Part shown: positions 24,701 to 33,053 of the stretch, piece after piece
How positions within the stretch are numbered: the stretch's first letter is position 1
How the letters are laid out: the number at the start of each line of letters is the position of its first letter
Source: Pocillopora damicornis
Taxonomy: Eukaryota
Direction of reading: 5' to 3'
Length of the DNA stretch: 64,000 nt
NCBI RefSeq assembly: GCF_003704095.1
Contig: NW_020846470.1
Span: 73,725-137,724 of the forward strand
The notes under the pieces: generated by a model
The model's database searches: none
What the model saw: the letters and a program-made list of their open reading frames with translations, nothing else
Told to the model about the DNA's origin: nothing
Position numbers and translations under genes: made by a program

Positions 24701-27700
24701 GTCATTACATTGTATGGTTGTCGTGGTAGAGTAGCTTCCTTCTTTGCTAATATTTTTCACTTGTATTTTAATACTAGATGTGAATGAGGCCCCATCAGAT
24801 TTCACTTTGAGCGCCACCTCTGTATATGAGAATGAACCCGATACATTGGTTGGTAGAGTTACAGTAGATGACCCAGACATTGGTCAGCGGCATCGTTGTA
24901 CAGTGCACGACCGTGTCGTGAATGGAAATTTTGATTCTGGGAGGACAAGCAAGTTTTTCACTGTGGATGCTTCATTAAACCTCAAAACACTAAGTGGGCT
25001 GAATTTCGAAGCTCACCACAGTTTGGATATTTGGATTAACTGCAGTGACATTGTGGCCGACAGTCTATTTAGGACGCAGTTGTTTACTATTTTTGTCAAA
25101 GGTAAGCTAGCCGATCAACTCTTAACATGTTTGGACGTAAGGCAGGAAACTAAGGTCGAGGTTTGTTGGTAAAGTTCCTCAAAGTAAGAAAACCAATTGA
25201 TCAGGTTTTCTATAATGGACGACCTTTTTTCCACTGGCCTCTATTTTCTCTTTCAAGTTCTTGAGAAAATGGTTTTTCAGTTGTGGGACTGCCTTTCGGT
25301 GAAAATAACGGGAAACAAATTTGACCTGTTATTCCAGTGAAGGTTACCGTACTCTCTTCCAGTCCTTCAGCCCATGCAGGCGAGTCAGAGAGTGTGGGAA
25401 CGACGAACAGCAGTCGTGGTTGTCAGGGAAACGGTTTTCGCGCATGCTATTTTCACTTGTTTCCACCGTCCGAGAGCACGGCACAGGCCAAGTTTACCAA
25501 CGAGCCTCATAGATCTATCTATCAAAGAGGTTGACTTTGTGTGGTTTCCTTTATAAACTGTCGAAAACACTTCATGTATACTCACAAAAACAATTCTATT
25601 TTTTAATCCCGGTGATCTTCGATATATTCACTCTAAATTTTTGGGTCTATGCATATATTTGGATTTAATCCTTCTTCTTCTCTGCATAAACACCCCTCAT
25701 GAAGTTATTTATTCTGAAATCCTGTCAGCAGTCAGTTAAAAATTTTTCTTTTTTGGTATGATTTCTCTTCAGATGTGAATGAGGCCCCAACAGGACTGTG
25801 CAGTGCACCCATAATCATTAGTATGAAGACATCAATTGGTGCTGTGATTGCAATGCTACAGGGAGATGATCCTGATAACGAAATTGCCATCCAAAATGAC
25901 CCTTCAAACCAGAGTGTAATCATCAGGAATAAACAACAACTGACATACTCCTTGAGTCCTCAACAAAATTCTTGGCCGTTTGGAATAAAAACTGATAGTC
26001 TTTTCAAGAGTGCCGTGAGTATGATGTACAAATGATATCCTGTTATTACGATTTTACGGCATTCCTCCTCCCTTGATGTGGACACACCAGTTTATCTCTT
26101 TAATAAGCTCCGGCTGGATGGGCCACTTGGTTCGAAAAGGACCTCACCTTTTTCCTTAATAACAAGATAAATGAAAATAGTACTCAATTCTGATTGGTTA
26201 AGAAAAATGCAATTTTCAAGTGATTCACTGCAGAAGAGGGTTAACTCAGTGCAAAGAAGTAACAAACCAGACTGAATAACTCTACGGGCTCGAGCAATTT
26301 TGTTAGTCTTTGAAAAAGTTTACTTGTGCTTATTTATTCCAAATTGCACTCGAAATCATGTGATTACCTATGCCGACTACATGTACACGTTTACTCGTGC
26401 TTATTTTCGGTGGATCATGTACATTTCAAGGTCTCTCACTAGAGTTGACATCCGCCATTTGTGGTAGTTGTTAACGCCTTCCCATGTGTCCTCTCATTTC
26501 TTCTTTTTCCTTGACGATTGTCTTAATTTTTCAGGAGATATCACAAGCCCAAAATTTCACAATAGGCGTAGAAGTAAAGGATGATGGCATCATTATTTCA
26601 AGTTTCTCCCCCATGGGATACAAGTACATCAAGACCGCTCCTTTATCTGCTGTCTTGAATTGTACCATTGTTATTTCAGGTATGATGCAAATAAATTATC
26701 GTGAATGATTATCCCTCAGCATTTTGTCAAGTTTTCCAGATCGTGCTTGTCAACCCTTTGCACCCAAGCGTTTTAAAACGTATTCTCCGCACTGCTCCTT
26801 TTATACTTTCCATGGCACTGACAAGGAGAATTTGTTTGATAATCGGAAGCTTCTCAAATTGGTAATCATTTCCTTCATTCCCATAACTTTTTCATTTGAC
26901 ACAAGGGAAGAACTGTAAGGAGAAACTAGAAGCCAGACTCTCTTAGGGGTTAAAGGGTTATTATCAAAGATAAAATTTTTTATTGTTTACGTTGCATACC
27001 TTTTACTCGTTGTTGTATACTTTTTATTCGTATTTTTCTCAGAGTATCAGCCGACAGATGAAATTTTACTTCAACCTAGTGAAGTGTCCATCACAGCCAT
27101 CAGTGGTTCCTTGGTTGGCACCTTGACAACAATGACCAAGAATCCAGGGGAAACATTTGTGTATGAACTCGTAGATGAGGCACAATTACCTTTTAGTATA
27201 ATCGGAGACAGGCTAGTGGTCGCTAAGAAGGATGGTCTAGATTTTTACGTGTCAAGCGCAGAGGAAGCTTTGATTCCAATTGCAATCATCAGTAAAGGCA
27301 ACATGTCTGCGCCAGTCAGGAAATCCTTCTATGTGAGAATTATAGGTGAGATTATGAATATATATTTTTGGGAAACAGTTTTTTGTGTGCAACCAGCTGG
27401 ACTTTTGCTTATCAAGATTTTCAGAAATTCAATTAAAGAGGCTCAAAATGGATTTGTCGATTGAAATCAGATATTCTTTGATGGATCCTTGTTTCCACAC
27501 TTTAACTTTCTTTCCTTGGAATTGGTATTTAAACAATGTGCAATTATTTCTCAACAAGTTTTCATTATTTTGACACGAAAAGCTACCTTAGCAAACTAAA
27601 GCCTCCTAAACAGATCTTTAATTGAAGCTGTGCGTGTCTGCATTTTGAAAGCATGCGCTATGAACCCTATTTGCTGAATTTCTATCACCACATTACTATT

Positions 27701-30700
27701 TATCTCCTTGAAAGCTAAGAACAACCTGTAAATATGGTTCAGAGCCACTTAAAGTTTTTGATAGTTTAAGGTGGCCATTTGTGCCTATTTTAATAAAAAT
27801 TTTCAACTTTTTTTTTCCTTTTTACCTCGATTTTAGATGATAGACCTCATCCAGTGGACATTTGTTTGAATCCTCACACTGTTCATGAAAATCAACCATT
27901 GGGCACTACTGTGGGTCAGTTACATATCGAAGATTCATCATCACCGTTACTTTCTTGTGGTAAACAACGCTGCTGCAATGATTACAGCAGGAATGTTGAT
28001 TATGAATGTAAAGTGGGCACTCCTGAGAACAACTTGGTCGTTCCCCAGCTTCAGAGGAACGTGAGCGCATTGTTTAGACTCGATGATCGGAGTCGCCTTA
28101 TTACCAAGGTCCCATTGCAATACAGTGACTTCAAAGAGTCTAATGGAACTGTGCATGTTCACTTCAGCTGTTATCAAGTCAGTAAACCACTTCACTTCAT
28201 AGGGAAATCACTACAAGTTTTTATCACAGGTAAAGTTTGATATGTGAAATGTGTCTTGGGATACCACTCTGATTGTTGTGAATACATTTGAATTACCTAG
28301 TAAAAGCAAGACACACGATTTCGAGGGATGAAGTAAATTTACAATTAATGAAGATAGCTTAACTACACAGGCGCAATTCAACGCATATCCTGAAACTATC
28401 GGCTTTCTTCTTTCCTTATGTTTAGATTGTAACAGCAGTGGTGTCTGCCCAAACATCAAAGATTGTCCTTTATGTTACAACGGTGGAAGCTGTCTTGACG
28501 TGATTGACGGCTACAACTGCCAGTGCATGTCCGGTTACACAGGTGTCCATTGTGAGAAAAACATAGATGAATGCCAAAGGATCGAGTGTCAGGTGAGTGA
28601 AGCGACCTTCGACCAAATGTCCCTATAGTCAATCGCGCCTTTGTTTTGCGTATCTTACTAAGAGAACAAAGCTTTTCTCACGATTATGCGTTCAAAGCAG
28701 TATAAAAGTGAATCGAAATACAGCACTGATTACGTTAAAAGGGAATGAAAATAAATTTGCAAGCATAAACCTAAATTTAGAATCACAAGCAAAGACAAAA
28801 AGCAGTGATCGTTTCAATGAAAATGGCGGATTCGGTCCCTGGACACGCGCGCAGTGCATGAGGCTAAGCGAAGATCCTTCAAAGGAGTGATGTTACGTTT
28901 TTGCTCATCTGGACATATTGAACCTAAATTTTTTAATTCAACGTTAGTGATTCTAAATAATCTTTGCCATCTCATTCTCGTTCCCTTAATGATCATCTAT
29001 TCTTATGCGATATGACAGCGATATTAAGCGATATTACAGTAAGATAAACCTCTCCTGACACATAGCGTTTACAGACCATAGGGAAGTCTTGATATGATTT
29101 TCATAGATTCTCTTTCTTGTTTCTTTTTCCTCTCTTTAGAACGGAGGTACATGTCAGGATGGAATAGCATCGTTTACTTGCCAATGTGCAGTGGGATTTT
29201 CAGGGACATTATGTGAGCGGCAAGTATCTCTTTGTGGCGATTGTACGGGAGATACATTGTGCGTGACCTATATTTCAGCTTCCATCCGGTAAGTAATATA
29301 CAAATTTTGTATTTATAGCTTGCTTCTTAAGAAGAAAGCATCGGGTTGATTGACATTGAACCAAATGAAATGATTTGTATTGGTTCAAATATAGAGAAGA
29401 ATCTTTAAAGAATAATTAATTTTAAGGAATGTTTAAGGGTTTTCTTATTTTATATGAGTTTCTGAATCCCCTTTTCTTGCTTTTGGCAGGTGCTTAGGGA
29501 CACAGTACCAGATCCCAGTCCTTGTGAACGAATCGGAAATATCTTCTCCGAGAAAGATAGAACTGGAGAAAGAGATTGTAACCATATTGGAAGCGAACAG
29601 AAATGATGCCAACAAAGGTAAGAATGATCACATTAGAGTCAGCTTTAAGATTTTATGGAAATCAATGTCGTGCAGTTATTTGGGTTGGTCATGCAGAAAA
29701 CAGGCATATTGCATTACCACTCAAGGTACATAAACTTTAGGAACAGAAGCTGCGGGAGACTTAATGGCCTGGGCCCAGTTGTTCTAAGGTCGAGTAACCC
29801 CATGCACTGGATAAATATCTTTCCGGTGGATAGTGCAACATATTTTGTTAACACTTGTCGGCTGGATAGCGATTTATCCGTATGAAAGCGTCATGCATCC
29901 TTTATACCACTGGAATCAGTGAGTTGTTGTCCGCTGGGATCAAACGGTCAAAAGTTCAATCCCAGCCGGGTCCGACTGCGTTACGACTTTTGACTAAACA
30001 CTCGACTCACACAATGCCTCTCCCCACCCTCCCCAGCTAGAACTCAAAATTTGTAGCAGTAAACTGATAGGATTTACTTACGGTAAGGGTGGGGGAGGGG
30101 TAAGTAATACCCTTTGTGGCTTTAAGCTATGGAAACAGTAATAGATAATTGTGGGAGTAATGGGTGCTTGGGCACGCAAGACTTGACCTTATTTGACTGA
30201 GCTAGGTCGGACCTAACGGTGATTTATGCGACCTTCCATCCCCTAAATTACTCAAAATACCGTTACATAGCTCCCTCAAGCCAAATGTATCTGGGAGTCA
30301 ATGTACTCAGTCACCTTACTTGTGTCATATTTCAGTCTCCAACAGAAAACGACGAGCGCTTTCAAATTATTTCTACGTGGAGATTCTTCGAACAATATCT
30401 CTAGGTACTCAACGACAGAGCCTTTTGATCATCGCAGCGCTAGATGCAAGGAACGCATTTTCCCCTCTACCGGCCTCCGAAGCTTGCAGAATACTTGGCA
30501 ACAGTGTGCGGCAGTGCGTGGAAAGCTGTGACGTACTCCAACTAGCCAGGCTGCCCTGCCAAGGAGGTCTTAACACCAATATAGGAAACCCCTCTGTGGA
30601 CGTATCTGCCAGTAGCTTGGGGTCAGGCGGAATTGCTGGTATTGCTGTGGTGGTCATAATTCTCCTTATTGCTATCCTTTTTGGTGCTGTCTTCTACTAC

Positions 30701-33053
30701 AGAAGAAAATACAAGAAGGCGAAGGTAAACCGGTCTTAACCTTTTACTTGGAAGATTCGTCCTTATGCTTTTTTGTTCATTTGTTACGTGAATGTGGTCC
30801 TTATCAGATCTGGCCCCGGTTGTTCAAAGGTTAAATAACGCTCTCAACTGGATAAATCGCTATCCGATGGATAGCGCAGTACTTTTTCTTATCAGTTATC
30901 CTCTGGATAGTGATTTATCCGTTGGATAGCGTTATCCACTCTTTGAACTACTGGGCACAGGTTTCAGTGTCAATGTGTGAGTCACAGTTGACTTACATTA
31001 CACGTTAAAAATTGACAGCCCCGGCCGTGGCAGAGATTTTCTAGTGTTAGTGGCGCCGTACTTGTTGCTCTGTCGCATCTGATATCTTTGTTGCCTTTTC
31101 GATGTATCGCAATGGGTGCAAACCTGTTATTGGCTAGCTGTCTGTTACACTGTATTTAACCCATAGCAGATAAGAAACACTCCCCCAAGGAAATATGAGG
31201 TCGCGTGGCTTAATGGTTACAGTGTTGAGCTCAAGGGTTTGAGTCATGGGTCACGCCTTGTATATAGCCAGCTAGTTTACTCCCTGTCAGTTTGGATTTT
31301 TAATATTTTTAGGTTTAATAGAATCAAAATGAATCAGATCATTACTGCGCTATCAAGCTTTTTCCCTTTTTCGTTTCACAGAAAATTTTAAAATTTGTAA
31401 CCAACCAATCACAAACATCTTCTGGACGTATTCTCGTTTTAATTTGACAGAACGAGCATGACAGCGTCCGTTTCCAGTCAGGCACGGAAGACTTGGACTT
31501 CTCCGACCCAGTTTTTGGCGACAATAGAAATGCGCTGACGTCAGGACCATCGAGAGAGGAATGGGCTGAGAAGTTAAGGAAAGAACCCGATGGATCGGTA
31601 CGGAACAATTTGGATCCCACTACTGTTGTCAAACGTAACGATATCCAGGTTAGATTTTGATGAATTTATGATTAATGAAACTGTCTGAAACACATGGCGT
31701 AATAATCTGTTATTCGATTATTTCTAAGTAGTCTTCGGGTATTTTGTCTTCAAGTGATGCAATTGATAGTGTTTAGAACCATTTTCAATTGAGTGTGGAA
31801 AGTGATCCGGGATCGCATCGATTTTGCGTTACTTCGCTCTGTGATTGGTCAGGAAAACTCGTGCTACCGTCTCAACCAATCAGCTGCAAAACGAGAACCA
31901 ATTACGACTTGGTCATTAGCGTTTTCCCGCTCCTCAAGTTGTAGCTTGTTTATTTGTTTGTTTTTTTTTCAAGTTGTCAGAGTCCTTTTTTTTTTAATAC
32001 TTTCCTTCGCCTTAATCGGCCGTACGTTTTGTTGTTCTCACTTAAAAATAAGCTTCTGAACTAAATCATACCAAGTTGAGTTGAATTAAGGATTAGAGCT
32101 GTGCGTTTGAAATCCATGAGTTGTCGGTGAAAAGTCATAGCTAGGCGAGTACCTGACACGTTTTTCATTCATTTCAGACCAATAAAGTCCTACTGGAATT
32201 TTTATGTGTTTAATCTTGCCTTGCTTTTCTTCAGGTGACAAACAATCCTCTCTACAGTAGTCCTGGCAATGCTGCCGGAGCCGAGGCATCCAATCCAATT
32301 TACACCAAGGTGGTTGATACACCCATAGAAGATGAGATAGCGGCGGCCAAAAAGAAGAATAAAGAAGACCACACTTACGCGGAACCTAAGGATGTTACCC
32401 TCGGGGGAACTTCAAAACACCAGTATGAAAAGCCCCCTTCGAGGCGGGTATCTCACACCAAGAACACCTACGCGGATCCCAAAGATGTAACCCCTAAGGG
32501 TTCAGTGAACCCCCGCTATGAGATGTCCCCTCCGCCGCGAGTGTCGCACACTAACAACACCTACATGGAACTTCAAGATATTTCCCCTATGGGGGCGTCG
32601 AATCCGTGTTATGCTAAGTCCCCACCGGTTCGAAAATCTTTTGTGAACGACATAGATAATCACCAAGAAGGCGATGGCGCGCTTGGAAAAGTTGCAAACG
32701 CTTACTTGAAAGGTGCAAGGTCTAAAGTGCGAGCATCGAACGCATCTCAGACAAAGAAGCTTAGACGTCAAAGAACTGACGAGAAAGAAGCAACTGATGA
32801 AGAAAGTGCCGTGCTTAAAAAGAACGAGGTACCACCGTCTTTTGAAAACCCGTTTTATAGTGATAATCCGATAAGGGATCAAGACAATTTCAACGAGGAT
32901 CCAACATACGCGACTATTCCTGCATTGCAAGACAGCCGTCCGTGTTTGCCGCCAAGAACTCAACAAAGATCCTACGATACTCCAGCGGAGGAGATAGTGG
33001 TTCAAGAGGACGACGTGTACGAGAAAGTAAACTTTGGAGACACGGAGGCGTAA
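15623..33053 (+). CDS. Single-pass transmembrane cadherin-repeat / EGF / TSP1 protein with NPxY-rich cytoplasmic tail, gene span, 17 coding exons, CDS 5934 nt (about 1977 aa)
   Basis: All 17 exons join with consistent phases across canonical GT-AG introns (hand-verified). The domain order is signal peptide, TSP1, EGF, cbEGF, Cys-rich, about eight cadherin repeats, two EGF, RKRR site, TM helix, cytoplasmic tail. Confidence 0.75.
16640..16829. repeat. Long foldback (two 67-bp inverted arms, about 62/67 identical, 56-bp spacer with its own nested 9-bp inverted repeat) in intron 1 of the cadherin/EGF gene
   Basis: Left arm: aagaaatgtaaaatggtttccgtgtttacatagcctgatgtaaacacgcgggaagttgggagaacac. Right arm: gtgttctcccaacctcccgcatgtttacatcaggctatgtaaagatggaaaccattttacatttctt. 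The spacer contains ggaaaccac...gtggtttcc. A third partial unit (aaaccattttacatgagtaaacacgg) lies just upstream, at 16585-16612. Confidence 0.7.
19949..20152 (+). CDS. Cadherin/EGF gene exon 2: thrombospondin type-1 repeat plus EGF-like module
   Basis: Acceptor is tttttaacag|. The sequence (G)[42 protein letters not shown] matches the TSP1 signature WSxWSxCSxxCG...RxR...C. It is followed by [26 protein letters not shown]. Donor is TCA G|GTACAG. Confidence 0.75.
20559..22069 (+). CDS. Cadherin/EGF gene exon 3 (1511 nt): Ca-binding EGF, Cys-rich (sushi-like?) region, cadherin repeats 1 to 4 start
   Basis: The cbEGF module is [43 protein letters not shown]. Cadherin linker and Ca-binding motifs follow: [37 protein letters not shown] and LNYEEK. 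Donor is TTT GTG|GTATGT. Confidence 0.8.
22691..22928 (+). CDS. Cadherin/EGF gene exon 4 (cadherin repeat)
   Basis: The sequence ...GQFV|[10 protein letters not shown]...[24 protein letters not shown] carries the cadherin signatures VTDPD, IDYE and TDTG. Acceptor is ccttag|, donor AAA G|GTGAGT. Confidence 0.75.
22930..23400. repeat. Pyrimidine (CT)-rich low-complexity tract in intron 4 of the cadherin/EGF gene
   Basis: Long runs of tctc/ttcc/cctc. The track's spurious Ser/Leu/Pro/Phe-rich ORFs (22929..23354, 23044..23391) derive from this tract. Confidence 0.6.
23444..23743 (+). CDS. Cadherin/EGF gene exon 5 (cadherin repeat)
   Basis: Begins with the linker motif DVNEAP and contains EDPDQP, LDHETN and ATDGGG. 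Donor is AAT G|GTAAGT. Confidence 0.75.
24146..24448 (+). CDS. Cadherin/EGF gene exon 6 (cadherin repeat)
   Basis: Begins [11 protein letters not shown] and contains [15 protein letters not shown] and CSDGHG. Donor is ATG G|GTGAGT. Confidence 0.75.
24778..25101 (+). CDS. Cadherin/EGF gene exon 7 (cadherin repeat)
   Basis: Begins [11 protein letters not shown] and contains [14 protein letters not shown] and CSD. Donor is AAA G|GTAAGC. Confidence 0.75.
25773..26014 (+). CDS. Cadherin/EGF gene exon 8 (divergent cadherin-like repeat)
   Basis: Begins DVNEAPTGL and contains QGDDPDNE. Donor is GCC|GTGAGT (phase 0). Confidence 0.65.
26040..26420. repeat. Dispersed repeat family D (intron of the cadherin/EGF gene). 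Second copy at 63190-63720
   Basis: Shared blocks are ctgattg.ttaag..aaatgca.ttttcaagtgattcactgcagaagagggttaa.tcagtgcaaagaagtaac...cagactgaa.aa.tc and ttgttagtctttgaaaaa.tta.t..tgcttatttattccaaattgcactc.aaatc.tgtgattacc.at.c.aac. Confidence 0.55.
26535..26679 (+). CDS. Cadherin/EGF gene exon 9
   Basis: Acceptor is tttttcag|GAG ATA, donor TCA G|GTATGA. Open frame [26 protein letters not shown]... The phase is consistent with both neighbours. Confidence 0.6.
27043..27345 (+). CDS. Cadherin/EGF gene exon 10 (degenerate cadherin-like repeat)
   Basis: Acceptor is ttttctcag|, donor ATA G|GTGAGA. Open frame [28 protein letters not shown]... Confidence 0.6.
27837..28229 (+). CDS. Cadherin/EGF gene exon 11 (membrane-proximal Cys-containing region)
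   Basis: Acceptor is gattttag|, donor ACA G|GTAAAG. Open frame [37 protein letters not shown]... Confidence 0.6.
28426..28592 (+). CDS. Cadherin/EGF gene exon 12 (EGF-like domain)
   Basis: [56 protein letters not shown] shows the classic EGF Cys spacing. Donor is CAG|GTGAGT. Confidence 0.75.
29140..29288 (+). CDS. Cadherin/EGF gene exon 13 (EGF-like domain)
   Basis: [41 protein letters not shown]. Donor is ATC CG|GTAAGT (phase 2). Confidence 0.7.
29490..29617 (+). CDS. Cadherin/EGF gene exon 14
   Basis: Acceptor is ttttggcag|, donor AAA G|GTAAGA. Open frame (R)[42 protein letters not shown]. Confidence 0.6.
29755..29885. repeat. Foldback/MITE-like repeat family E (ggataaatcgctatcc core), intron 14 of the cadherin/EGF gene. 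Second copy at 30815-30960 in intron 15
   Basis: Both copies share ggcc.gg.cc.gttgtt.aaaggt..a.taac.c....actggataaat..ct.tcc.gtggatagtgc and internally carry the core in both orientations (ggataaatcgctatcc / ggatagcgatttatcc). Confidence 0.55.
30336..30724 (+). CDS. Cadherin/EGF gene exon 15: juxtamembrane region with RKRR furin-like site, transmembrane helix, basic stop-transfer
   Basis: ...[15 protein letters not shown]... then the TM helix [23 protein letters not shown] followed by RRKYKKAK. Donor is AAG|GTAAAC. Confidence 0.75.
31451..31648 (+). CDS. Cadherin/EGF gene exon 16 (cytoplasmic, acidic)
   Basis: Acceptor is aatttgacag|, donor CAG|GTTAGA. An open frame of 198 nt with no stop reads [25 protein letters not shown]... 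It is phase 0 on both sides, consistent with its neighbours. Confidence 0.55.
31840..31935. repeat. Dispersed repeat family G. Second copy at 47215-47290
   Basis: Shared block caaccaatcag.t.caaaac.agaacca.t..cg.cttggtc..t...t.ttt.cc.gc.c.caag. Confidence 0.4.
32235..33053 (+). CDS. Cadherin/EGF gene exon 17: cytoplasmic tail with repeated NPxY-type tyrosine motifs, stop TAA at 33051
   Basis: Acceptor is cttttcttcag|GTG ACA. The tail carries NPLY, NPIY, NPRY, NPCY, NPFY and PTYATIP. Repeated blocks (Y[AM][ED][PL].D[VI][TS]...) recur. An AATAAA lies about 265 nt downstream, at 33317-33322. Confidence 0.75.
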   Translation: MTNNPLYSSPGNAAGAEASNPIYTKVVDTPIEDEIAAAKKKNKEDHTYAEPKDVTLGGTSKHQYEKPPSRRVSHTKNTYADPKDVTPKGSVNPRYEMSPPPRVSHTNNTYMELQDISPMGASNPCYAKSPPVRKSFVNDIDNHQEGDGALGKVANAYLKGARSKVRASNASQTKKLRRQRTDEKEATDEESAVLKKNEVPPSFENPFYSDNPIRDQDNFNEDPTYATIPALQDSRPCLPPRTQQRSYDTPAEEIVVQEDDVYEKVNFGDTEA

